Assembly (NCBI GenBank): GCA_035479955.1
Contig: DATIIE010000015.1
Span: 2,268 to 66,267 of the forward strand
Length of the DNA stretch: 64,000 bases
DNA from: Candidatus Saccharimonadales bacterium
GTDB lineage: Bacteria > Patescibacteriota > Saccharimonadia > Saccharimonadales > UBA4665
Direction of reading: 5' to 3'
Part shown: positions 9,153 through 17,897 of the stretch, piece by piece
Layout: each line of letters starts with the position of its first letter
How positions within the stretch are numbered: position 1 is the stretch's first letter
Position numbers and translations under genes: made by a program
Notes under the pieces: model-generated
Seen by the model: only the letters and a program-made list of their open reading frames with translations
The model's database searches: none
What the model was told of the DNA's origin: nothing

Positions 9153-9157
9153 TAGTC

Positions 9158-10072
9158 CTACAGCGTCAGCAAGTACAGCTGCAACGCTTCATCGGCGTCC
9201 ATGCTTTTGGTTTTGAGGCTTAAGTCGAGCTCCAGCAGCTCGGCTATTTTTTTGCGCAAATTAGGAAGCGTTAGGCCACGGGCCAGGCCCTGGCTTTTAC
9301 GCACCACAAACGGGTTCAATTTGGCAGCGCGGGCAATGTCTTCTGCGCTACGGACGCCTGCAGTTTTAATCACAGCCAGTACGTGCAGCTGCCAGGCCAG
9401 CATGGCGATGATTGCCTGCGGCTCAACCTTCAGGGCACGCTGTTCACGGTACAGTTCAAAGGCACGCTTGGTGCGGCCGGCAAATGCGGCGTCAAGCAGT
9501 TCAAATACAGTGCTTTGCGGCGTCGCCTCGGTAAGCAGTTCAATTGTTTGGCGGGTAATGTGCAGGTCGTAGGCCAGTAATTTGTCGAGCTCCTGCTGCA
9601 ACAGCTGCTGGCTTGCGCCAATACGGTCAATAATAAGGCGTGCGTCGTTTTGGGCAAGCGTGCCATTGTGGGCCTGGGCATATTCTGCTGCCCAGCGGGC
9701 CAGGCCCGAAGCGTCCAGGTCGTTCAGCTCGCGGAAGTCAGTCTCTTTTTTGAGTGTTTTATAGTAGCTCAAACGCTTGTCGAGCTTGGGCTCTACGATT
9801 ATCAGGTCGGTGGTGTCAGCCGCCTCTTTGAAAATTTCGGTGATGTGTTCGGCAAACGCCTTTTGCTTGCCTGGCTCGCGCAGCACCACCATTTTACGGG
9901 CGGTCAGGAACGGCATGCTGGCGGCGCTTTCACGCATGCGGCTAGCGTCGTGTTCATCGCCGTCCAGGCGCTCCAGGCCCATATCGGTATGTTCCTGCAC
10001 AAAAGCAGACACCAGCTTCTTGAGCTCGCGCGAACGCGCAAAATCGTTACTCCCGGTCAACGTCACAATCAT
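9158..10072 (-). CDS. holA: DNA polymerase III subunit delta
   Basis: MIVTLTGSNDF, SMPFLTARKMVVL, ELDKLLAY, TVFELLDA. Start at 10072 is preferred over 10078 from -10 spacing. Confidence 0.93.
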   Translation of the reverse strand: MIVTLTGSNDFARSRELKKLVSAFVQEHTDMGLERLDGDEHDASRMRESAASMPFLTARKMVVLREPGKQKAFAEHITEIFKEAADTTDLIIVEPKLDKRLSYYKTLKKETDFRELNDLDASGLARWAAEYAQAHNGTLAQNDARLIIDRIGASQQLLQQELDKLLAYDLHITRQTIELLTEATPQSTVFELLDAAFAGRTKRAFELYREQRALKVEPQAIIAMLAWQLHVLAVIKTAGVRSAEDIARAAKLNPFVVRKSQGLARGLTLPNLRKKIAELLELDLSLKTKSMDADEALQLYLLTL

Positions 10073-10115
10073 GTTCATCTATGATAACACTGTTCGGGTG
10101 CAGCGTGCGCGGATG

Positions 10116-10991
10116 CTACAGGTGGCGCTGCTGGCAATGCGGGCAAATATGCGTACCGCGGCCGGCCACGCGCAGTTTCACAATAGGTGTGCCGCAGCGC
10201 GGGCATGGCTGCCCTTCGCGGCGGAACACGTTCGCAAACCCCAGATAGCTGCCGCGCTTGCCTTCATGGTTAACATAGTTGCGGTCGGTGCTGCCGCCTT
10301 TTTCAATGCTTAAACGCAGCACGGCCTGCAAGCTTTTGAATAGCTCCTCTAGCTGCGGTGCGGGGATATCGGCCACGCGTGTTTGTGGGTGGATTTTGGC
10401 GCCCCACAAACTCTCGTCGCTATAAATATTGCCGATACCGGCCACCACGGTCTGGTCGAGCAGCACGGCTTTAATGGCGCTGCTTTTGCGGCGCATAAGG
10501 CGGGTTATGAACTGTTCGGCGGTAAAATCGGCGGCGAGCGGCTCAGGGCCTACTTTTTGGAAAAAATCGAGCTGCTCTACCTCCGGTGTTGGCAGCAGCC
10601 GCATCCAGCCAAATTTGCGCTGGTCGTTAAAATACAGCGTGCTGTGGTCGGCAAAGGTGATAATTACGCGGGTGGATTTGTCGGGCAGCTCGCCTATTAA
10701 GCTGCTATTTGGGTGGCCCGCGCCAAAATGCTCTTTCTGGCTGCGAAACACCAGCTGGCCGGTCATTTTTAAATGCGCTACTAACGAGTAATCGCTGGAA
10801 AGGTCGATGATCAGCACTTTGGCGCGGCGGCGCACCGCCGTTACTGTGGCGCCCTGAAGGAAAGTTTCCACATCGGCGGGCGCGTTTGGGAAACTTTTCG
10901 GCCAATCGTGGGTGGCGCTGGCTATGGTGCGGCCGGGCAGCAAACCGGCCAGGCCGGCGCGCACCGTTTCTACTTCTGGCAATTCGGGCAT
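10116..10991 (-). CDS. mutM: Formamidopyrimidine-DNA glycosylase MutM/Fpg
   Basis: True start MPELPEVET at 10991 (track ORF is over-extended); HLKMTG, D.RKFG, LLDQ..VAGIGNIY, CPRCG...C..CQ zinc finger. Confidence 0.97.
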   Translation of the reverse strand: MPELPEVETVRAGLAGLLPGRTIASATHDWPKSFPNAPADVETFLQGATVTAVRRRAKVLIIDLSSDYSLVAHLKMTGQLVFRSQKEHFGAGHPNSSLIGELPDKSTRVIITFADHSTLYFNDQRKFGWMRLLPTPEVEQLDFFQKVGPEPLAADFTAEQFITRLMRRKSSAIKAVLLDQTVVAGIGNIYSDESLWGAKIHPQTRVADIPAPQLEELFKSLQAVLRLSIEKGGSTDRNYVNHEGKRGSYLGFANVFRREGQPCPRCGTPIVKLRVAGRGTHICPHCQQRHL

Positions 10992-10995
10992 GAGT

Positions 10996-11643
10996 CTATT
11001 GTACGGCAGGTGCGGCGGCCTGCACCATATCAGTGGTGGCGGCCTGCATTTCCTGTGTGTATGTCGTAAAGAGGACATCGGCGGCAACAACTTGGGCAAC
11101 TTCTGTATTGCCGAGCTCCACCTGGCACGCTAAAGCGGCGGCGGCAACCAGACGCTGGTCTAAATCAACGAATTCTGGCGCGGGGGTTGCCAAGTGTTGC
11201 TCAAGCATACGGCGCTGGCGGTCACGCATCTGCTGCTCGTCGGATAATTTTACCCGCGGCAGGATATGGGCGCGGCGCAGTACGCGCGTGCAAAAATCAC
11301 TAGCTGCAGCTAAACGCCCTTTTTCCAGCAGGCCGGCAACATTGGTGGCATCCAGCGACGATTCTATCCGCGCGGCGCGCGGCGCATTCACCACCGCGTC
11401 CAGGTCTACCGATACAGCCATGCGGTCAACTGTTTCCCAGTCGGCGCGCTGGGCAGCCACAGTGGCAGTGGCGGCCACTAAATCAGGGTCGATTTCCTCT
11501 GTTAACACATTGCCGTAGTCACGGAGTGCTGCAGAAACGGCAGCCCAGCGCGTCCATACGCTGAGCGGCGCGGCCGGAGATTCGTAGGTAGGCGGCTGCA
11601 CACGCCCAAACCGTGATGCCGTCCTATATGGTATAGTTGTCAT
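10996..11643 (-). CDS. Orphan helical protein
   Basis: 215-aa ORF exactly filling the gap between mutM and 11740; no recognised motif. Confidence 0.7.
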   Translation of the reverse strand: MTTIPYRTASRFGRVQPPTYESPAAPLSVWTRWAAVSAALRDYGNVLTEEIDPDLVAATATVAAQRADWETVDRMAVSVDLDAVVNAPRAARIESSLDATNVAGLLEKGRLAAASDFCTRVLRRAHILPRVKLSDEQQMRDRQRRMLEQHLATPAPEFVDLDQRLVAAAALACQVELGNTEVAQVVAADVLFTTYTQEMQAATTDMVQAAAPAVQ

Positions 11644-11739
11644 GCTTTATTTGCTGTTGTCAATTTAGCTATCAATATACTCTTTTTGCGGCATGCGTCA
11701 AGCGACCCGGGACTGACCTGTTCTTGCTATACTTAAGAA

Positions 11740-11976
11740 ATGGAACATATTGGCGACTTATTGGGCAAATACACTCCTGCCGCATCAAATGAAATTACGG
11801 CTATTAAAAAGTACATTGCCACTGAATTTGGGGCGGAGTCGAGCGTGGCTATCCAGGGCGAGGCCGTGGTTATCACCGTGCAAAGCGCGGCGCTGGCCAA
11901 CGCCCTGCACCTGCGCCAAACCGCTATACAAACAGCAGCCGCTACAAGTAAACGGCTGCTGTTCCGGATTGGCTAG
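11740..11976 (+). CDS. Small protein, possibly DciA/DUF721-like
   Basis: TGcTATACT 6 nt upstream of ATG; VITVQSAALANAL resembles the DUF721 strand-helix pattern. Confidence 0.55.
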   Translation: MEHIGDLLGKYTPAASNEITAIKKYIATEFGAESSVAIQGEAVVITVQSAALANALHLRQTAIQTAAATSKRLLFRIG

Positions 11977-12011
11977 TGTTCGAGCGTCTCTGCCCTAAGT
12001 AGGTTAAAAAG

Positions 12012-12575
12012 TTACTGGGCGATAGTGACGTCACTGGTAAATGTGGCGTAATCGGGAATTTGGCTGCGGAATAAGGAACGGATAACCTGGGAGTTGCCCT
12101 TGAACGTACCGACACCGCAGGTGCCGATCCAGAAACGCTGTACATCGGCGTTGCCGCTGACAATTTCGTATACGTAGCGGTTGCCAGTTGGGCAGTAGCC
12201 GCGTTCGTCGGCCAGCTTGGGGTCGGGGTTGCCTTTAGTGAAGTTCAGCAGCTGCAAGGAACGCAGGAAGTTACCGTAGGCATCACTGTTGTTGGGGTAG
12301 GTTTTGGCCTTTACGACGTTGCCTTGGTAGCCGTTTACCACCTCAACGGTGCTCGCGTCGCGGCCAACGGTGATGCGGATTTCGTCATAATTCTGGTTAG
12401 CCGTAACCGGACCTTCGGTGGTAAAGCGCATTACCGTGCTGGTGTTGGTATAGTCAGAGAGGTCGGTTTGGGGCTTGTCGTTCTTGGAGCCGCCGCCGCT
12501 AAAGCCGCGCACAATCAATACGAACACTAAGATAATTAGTGCCACAACTCCTATGAATCCGATAAAATACTTCAT
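12012..12575 (-). CDS. Membrane-anchored hypothetical protein
   Basis: N-terminal TM/signal anchor, GAGG RBS, two Cys in the extracytoplasmic domain. Confidence 0.8.
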   Translation of the reverse strand: MKYFIGFIGVVALIILVFVLIVRGFSGGGSKNDKPQTDLSDYTNTSTVMRFTTEGPVTANQNYDEIRITVGRDASTVEVVNGYQGNVVKAKTYPNNSDAYGNFLRSLQLLNFTKGNPDPKLADERGYCPTGNRYVYEIVSGNADVQRFWIGTCGVGTFKGNSQVIRSLFRSQIPDYATFTSDVTIAQ

Positions 12576-12663
12576 TTCCTCATAACCTCTTTCGGATGTA
12601 TAAACAATACCACATTAGAGGTTAAAATACAAGGGTTGCAGACTACTTTACTACGCCCGGAGT

Positions 12664-13098
12664 TTAGCGGTCGCGCAGGCGCAAAAATGCTTCAACTGCG
12701 GCAAGGTCTGCGGGCAGCAGCGCATATTTGTCGCGTTCGTCGGGGTTCATCCATACAGATTCGTCATGTTCGGCGCTCAGCACCACGTCGCCGCCCGTGT
12801 AGTGGCACAGTACAAATACACCGACAATCTGTTGTTCGGCGCCATCTATAACTGGCCGCCATTCATCAACGTGGATGGCTTCGCCAACCGCAATGTCGGT
12901 AAGGCCGGTTTCTTCGCGGATTTCGCGGTTCAGGCCATCGTGGAAGGCCTCGCCTGCTTCCAGCCGGCCGCCGGGCAGATGGTATTTGCCGGTGTTAGTA
13001 CCGTCGGCGTAGCCAGCGGCTTCGCGCAAAATAAGCACGCGCCCTTCACTGTTTACAATGACTGCTTTCGCGGCAACGCGTAGTGTACTGTCGGCCAT
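12664..13098 (-). CDS. NUDIX hydrolase (MutT-like)
   Basis: Intact Nudix box GGRLEAGEAFHDGLNREIREETGL. Confidence 0.92.
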   Translation of the reverse strand: MADSTLRVAAKAVIVNSEGRVLILREAAGYADGTNTGKYHLPGGRLEAGEAFHDGLNREIREETGLTDIAVGEAIHVDEWRPVIDGAEQQIVGVFVLCHYTGGDVVLSAEHDESVWMNPDERDKYALLPADLAAVEAFLRLRDR

Positions 13099-13142
13099 CT
13101 GCTATCCCCTTGTGCTTATCTATACCGCCAGTATAGCAGACG

Positions 13143-13721
13143 CTATTTGTTCATTTCGGGCGGGGCGGAAGCCAGGAGCGCGTCGAAAATTTGTGGATAG
13201 TAGGCGCCTTCACGCGGGAAATACTTGCTGGCAGTGTCAGTGCCGCCGATTTCAGCCATTACCTGCACCACCGGGCGCCAAATAAGCTGCGAAATTTTGC
13301 TGGAATCAAGGGTAACGGTGTTGATGTCGATGTCCAGCTTCAACAAAAATACATGCCCCAGCACGCAGTGCTTGCTGCCGTTTGGCATTGGGTTTCTGGC
13401 TTTGATATTAAACAGGTGTTTCAGGCTTTCGGGCAGCACAGTTACACCCAGTTCACCAGCTAGGCCGCGGGCTGCGGCAGCTACTGGGTCTTCGCCAGGG
13501 CGCATATGCGTGCCAACGGCCACATCCCACACGCCTGGCGACAATTCTACCTCTGGCGAACGGAGCTGCAGCAGCACCTCGCCGTCGTGGTTCAAAATCC
13601 ATACGTTTACTACTTCGTGCCACAATTCACGGCGGTGCACTTCGGCGCGGCCCAGTACTTCCCCTGTTTGGTGGCCATTTTCGTCCAAAACATCGTACTG
13701 TGGCTCGGCTGTATCTGTCAT
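13143..13721 (-). CDS. NUDIX-fold protein of the IDI type 1/YfcD-like group with a degenerate Nudix box
   Basis: YDVLDENG..TG, HRRELWHEVVNVWILN..GEVLLQLRS, PGVWD. Start at MTDTAEP (13721), 6 nt after TATCAT. Confidence 0.75.
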   Translation of the reverse strand: MTDTAEPQYDVLDENGHQTGEVLGRAEVHRRELWHEVVNVWILNHDGEVLLQLRSPEVELSPGVWDVAVGTHMRPGEDPVAAAARGLAGELGVTVLPESLKHLFNIKARNPMPNGSKHCVLGHVFLLKLDIDINTVTLDSSKISQLIWRPVVQVMAEIGGTDTASKYFPREGAYYPQIFDALLASAPPEMNK

Positions 13722-13802
13722 ATCTTTATGATACTCCCTATTTATGAAGCCACGCTTTACTTTTTGGGCAGTTTCGCCGAATATAAGCATAAAGGAGACG
13801 TC

Positions 13803-14564
13803 ATGGACCAACCCGCACCAGCCCAGAAAAAACTAACCCTTAGCCTGGATTACCGCATAGTGTGCGTGGTTCTGGCTGTAATTATCCTGGCAATGATTGC
13901 TGTGTGGCGGCCGTGGCAGCCTGCGCCCAGCGCCAAAGACCGCACGGTTACGGTCACCGGCGAAGCGCGGCTAACAGCCGAACCAGACGAATTTGTATTT
14001 AACCCCAGTTACCAGTTTAAGGAAGCCGACAAAGACACCGCCATTGCGGCCATGACTGCTAAAAGTAACAGCGTTGTGGCCGAGCTGAAAAAACTAGGTG
14101 TGGCCGACAGCAAAATTAAAACCAACGCCGACGGTTGGGCGTACCCCAGTTATAACGACAGTGACCGCACACCTACCTACACTCTTAGCATCACTGTAAC
14201 TATCGCCGACAAAACCACTGCCCAGAAGGTGGAAGACTACCTGGTAACTACCTCGCCCACTGGCACACTCACGCCGCAGGCCACATTCAGCGCCAGCAAA
14301 GAGAAATCATTGCAGGCCAAAGCGCGCGACCAAGCCACGAAGGAAGCACGCGCCAAAGGCGAGCAAAGCGCCAAAAACCTGGGCTTTAAGCTTGGCGCCG
14401 TGAAGTCGCTGGATGACAGCAACGGCTTTGGGCATGGGCCAATTTACAGCATGGACGCCTCGGAACCGCTCAGCAAAGCCAGCACTGCCAGCCCGCAGCT
14501 TGCAGTGCAGCCCGGTGAAAACTCGCTGGATTACAGCGTTACCGTCGTTTATTACATCCGCTAA
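13803..14564 (+). CDS. SIMPL (DUF541) domain membrane-anchored protein
   Basis: AAAGGAG RBS before ATG 13803; TM then RTVTVTGEARLTAEPD, AR..A..LA..LG..LG.V and ...SVTVVY. Confidence 0.88.
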   Translation: MDQPAPAQKKLTLSLDYRIVCVVLAVIILAMIAVWRPWQPAPSAKDRTVTVTGEARLTAEPDEFVFNPSYQFKEADKDTAIAAMTAKSNSVVAELKKLGVADSKIKTNADGWAYPSYNDSDRTPTYTLSITVTIADKTTAQKVEDYLVTTSPTGTLTPQATFSASKEKSLQAKARDQATKEARAKGEQSAKNLGFKLGAVKSLDDSNGFGHGPIYSMDASEPLSKASTASPQLAVQPGENSLDYSVTVVYYIR

Positions 14565-14574
14565 CGGGCGGCCG

Positions 14575-15225
14575 TTACGGTTTGGCGTTACTTACCCGGT
14601 GGATAGCCGCTGCACCAATTTCCCGCAGCCAGCGCATGCGCCACGGGTCGCCCTCAAAACCGCGCAGCCAGTCCAGCTCCAAGGGCTCTGCTACGTCCCC
14701 AGTCCACCTTCCTTCGTTGCAGCGTTGGTTAGCCACGCTCGCCCCTGTTATGGTCGTATAATACAGCGCCTTTGGGTGTTCGGTAATATCCGGGTTAAAG
14801 TCTTCGAGTTCACGCTTGCCCATACGGAACATCTTACGCAGGCCGTTGAGCACTGGCAGCCATGTGTCAATTTCGTCGAACGGCAGTTGCTCCATAGTAC
14901 CCTGCAAATTTAGGGCTTTGCCGGAGCTGAACGACTTAACAACCGTAAGATCCACCTCGCCGCCGGAGTTTTCCAGGTTGAGCGCATGCCGTGTGTCCGG
15001 GAACGACCACGAGTAGAATTCCAGCGGCGGCTCGCTCATATCCAAAGATGAGCGGAAACCAGCCGACAGCACAGTGCCATGCGGCCGAGGCGTGAAACTA
15101 ACAGGGTCTATACCCACGGTGGAAAGTGTTACGTTGCGGGTAGTTAGCAGCAAGTAGCGGGCGCGGTTTACTGCTGAGGCGAGTTCAGGGGGCGGGGTAA
15201 ATAGTTCGGGGTTGAATTCTGTCAT
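14575..15225 (-). CDS. Pyridoxamine 5'-phosphate oxidase-like (split-barrel) protein
   Basis: VTLSTVG.D...PHGT, F.WS...TRHALNLE, V.LTV, LNLQGT pattern. Confidence 0.55.
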   Translation of the reverse strand: MTEFNPELFTPPPELASAVNRARYLLLTTRNVTLSTVGIDPVSFTPRPHGTVLSAGFRSSLDMSEPPLEFYSWSFPDTRHALNLENSGGEVDLTVVKSFSSGKALNLQGTMEQLPFDEIDTWLPVLNGLRKMFRMGKRELEDFNPDITEHPKALYYTTITGASVANQRCNEGRWTGDVAEPLELDWLRGFEGDPWRMRWLREIGAAAIHRVSNAKP

Positions 15226-15309
15226 AGCGCACAACTATAACAGAGGTAGCAAAATCAGTTCAACTTGTGCATCAAAATGAGCAACTAACAGGGCTACGCA
15301 ACAGTAGGG

Positions 15310-17859
15310 TTAAATTTCGCCCCAGTCCTTGCCTGTTTTAACGTCTACAGCCAGTTTTACCGGCAAGTCGTACACGTGTTCCATGGTGTCTTTCAAAACT
15401 TCTGCTACCTTTTCGGCGTTTTCGGCGGGGCATTCTACCAGGATGCTGTCATGGATTTGCAGCAATTGCTCGCCCAGGCCGTCTAAGGCCTTCTCTACTT
15501 TGAGCATGGCCATTTTCATGAGGTCGGCTTCGGTGCCCTGGATGGGCATGTTTATGGCGGCACGCTTGGCGGCCTCACGCACAACCCAGTTACTGCTTTT
15601 CATGTCAGGCGTGGGGCGGCGGCGGCCGAAAATAGTCTCTACGTACCCCTGTTTGAGGGCGAGCTCGGCAGTGTGCTCCATGTATTTGCGCAGCGGGGCG
15701 CGCAGGGCAAAATAGCGTTCAATAAACTCTTTGGCTTCCATGATTGTCATGCCCGTGGCAACGCTTAAGCCGTGCGGGCTCATGCCATACAAAATGCCAA
15801 AGTTCACGGCTTTGGCGCGGCGGCGCATTTCTTTGTCTACTTGTTCTAATGGTACGCCGGCAACTTGGGCAGCAGTCGCGGTGTGGATGTCGATGTCTTT
15901 GTTAAAGTCTTCCAGCATCTGTTTATCGTCGGCCATGTACGCGGCCAGGCGCAGCTCGAACTGGCTGTAGTCGGCGCTGACAAACACATTGCCCTCGGCG
16001 GGTTTGAACGCGCCGCGGATAGCCTGCCCCAGCTCAGTGCGCGTGGGGATATTTTGCAAATTAGGGTCGTGCGAGCTTAACCGGCCAGTGGCTGCAACAT
16101 CTTGGGCATACGTGGTGTGCAGCTTGCCACCCGCGTCCACCAGCTTAGGCAGCGCATCTATGTACGTGCTCTTCAGCTTGGTGTACTCGCGGTATTCGGT
16201 AATCAGGTTGATGATAGGGTGCAGGCCGCGCAGTTTGTCCAGCTCGGCCGAGCCGGTGCTGTAGCCAGTCTTCCCTTTTTTTACACCCGTTGTTGGCAAA
16301 CCCAGTTTTTCGTACAAAACGGTGCCCAGTTGCGCCGGCGAACTGATGTTGAACTTGTCGCCGGCCTCTTTGTAGATTTTCTGCTCAATACCAACAATTT
16401 TGATCTCGAATTCGTCGCTCATTTGGCGCAAGTAGGCGGTATCCAGCAAAATGCCGCGGTGCTCCACGGTTGCCAGCAGCGGCACCATTGGGAAGTCCAG
16501 CCGGCGCGCCACTTTCTCTAGTGTGGGCGCTTTTTTGAACTCTTTTTGTTGTTCGTTATACAACTGCCAGGTAGCAGTGATTATTCGGCCGGGATCGTCT
16601 GCTGCAATGGTTTGGCCAATAAGGTCAGACAGCTCCAGCGAACGTTGCAAAGAGTTCAAAATAAAGGCGGAAAGGCGGGTATCGTGGGCCACTTGCTGGG
16701 GCGGCTCTATATTGGCGGCCAGCAAGGCGCGGAAAATTGCTTTCAGGTCGTGTCCGATAACCGGGCCCTGGAGCACACCTGCGTGCAGGTCGCTCAACTG
16801 CACGGCCGAGTACTCCCCTGGTTTAGCGCTCAGCCACAATGTGACCGCGTCCGGGCTCAGGGCAATCAGGCGCGGTTCATCGCCGGCGAACGCTTTTTCG
16901 CTAAACGGCACTTGCTTGGCTTCTTCCAATTGTTTGATATAGCCGGCAGCGTTCTCATCTGTTTCAGCTTCAACGCCGGCCTGGGCTTGGGCAGCCTCCA
17001 GCTGGCGCAGCAATGTGCGGAATTCCAGCTCGCGCACTTTGGCAATGAACGCCGGCGGTACACCCTCAGCTGGCAGCCGCATTTTGTCGAATTCCAACTC
17101 CAGCGGCGCATCGGTATACAACGTGACTAGCTTCTGGCCTAAGAACGCCATGTCGCGGTCTTTTTCCAGCTTGGCGCGGAGGTTCGGTTTTATATCAGGC
17201 AGGTGCTCATACACACCCTCTAATGTTTCATAGGTAGAAATGAGCTCCAGTGCGCTCTTTGGGCCCACTAAGTGTACGCCAGGGATGTTGTCGGAGGAGT
17301 CGCCCTGCAGCGCCTTTACGTCGGCCCACTGGTGCGGGCCAACGCCGTATTTCTCGCGAAATGCAGCTTCATTGAACAATTCAATTTCACTGAAGCCCTT
17401 GCGCGGGATGCACACGTGCGTGTGGCTGTTTACGGTTTGCAGCAGGTCGAAGTCGCCGCTTATCAGATACGTTTCAATGTCTTTGGCCTTGGCTTTCAGG
17501 GCAAGCGTTGCCATAATGTCGTCGGCTTCGTAATCGTCAAGCTCATATAAAGGCCAGCCCAGGCTTTTCAAGACGTCCTGCAAAATAGCTACTTGGTCGT
17601 AAAAATCTTCAGGGGCGGCTTTGCGGTTAGCCTTGTACTCGGGGTACAGCTCGCGCCTGCGGCGGATATTGGTATGGCGCTTGTCCCAGGCCACGCACAC
17701 GTAGTCTGGCTTAAAGCGCTTGATAACTTCCAGCGCCATAACGGCAAAGCCGTACACGCCGCCCGTGGGCTTGCCATCGCGGGTGCTTAAGTTGGGCATA
17801 GCGTAGTAGCCGCGGTACAGCACGCTTTTGCCGTCAATGATAACCAGTCGCTCACTCAT
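15310..17859 (-). CDS. polA: DNA polymerase I (5'-3' exonuclease + polymerase; proofreading domain degenerate)
   Basis: IIDGKSVLYRGYY, EADD, GDSSDNIPGV, TGRLSS.DPNLQNIP, DYSQFELR, R.AKAVNFGILYG, QIHDS. Confidence 0.98.
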   Translation of the reverse strand: MSERLVIIDGKSVLYRGYYAMPNLSTRDGKPTGGVYGFAVMALEVIKRFKPDYVCVAWDKRHTNIRRRRELYPEYKANRKAAPEDFYDQVAILQDVLKSLGWPLYELDDYEADDIMATLALKAKAKDIETYLISGDFDLLQTVNSHTHVCIPRKGFSEIELFNEAAFREKYGVGPHQWADVKALQGDSSDNIPGVHLVGPKSALELISTYETLEGVYEHLPDIKPNLRAKLEKDRDMAFLGQKLVTLYTDAPLELEFDKMRLPAEGVPPAFIAKVRELEFRTLLRQLEAAQAQAGVEAETDENAAGYIKQLEEAKQVPFSEKAFAGDEPRLIALSPDAVTLWLSAKPGEYSAVQLSDLHAGVLQGPVIGHDLKAIFRALLAANIEPPQQVAHDTRLSAFILNSLQRSLELSDLIGQTIAADDPGRIITATWQLYNEQQKEFKKAPTLEKVARRLDFPMVPLLATVEHRGILLDTAYLRQMSDEFEIKIVGIEQKIYKEAGDKFNISSPAQLGTVLYEKLGLPTTGVKKGKTGYSTGSAELDKLRGLHPIINLITEYREYTKLKSTYIDALPKLVDAGGKLHTTYAQDVAATGRLSSHDPNLQNIPTRTELGQAIRGAFKPAEGNVFVSADYSQFELRLAAYMADDKQMLEDFNKDIDIHTATAAQVAGVPLEQVDKEMRRRAKAVNFGILYGMSPHGLSVATGMTIMEAKEFIERYFALRAPLRKYMEHTAELALKQGYVETIFGRRRPTPDMKSSNWVVREAAKRAAINMPIQGTEADLMKMAMLKVEKALDGLGEQLLQIHDSILVECPAENAEKVAEVLKDTMEHVYDLPVKLAVDVKTGKDWGEI

Positions 17860-17897
17860 GCTAACAGTATAACCTCGGAGCTGGCGGATAGCGAACG

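Noticed and set aside
13506-13802. 99-codon N-terminal extension of the SIMPL ORF (also extensions on mutM, the P-ATPase, the response regulator, the kinase, valS, fur and others)
   Set aside because: They overlap neighbouring genes or promoters; RBS or -10 spacing and family N-termini point to downstream starts.
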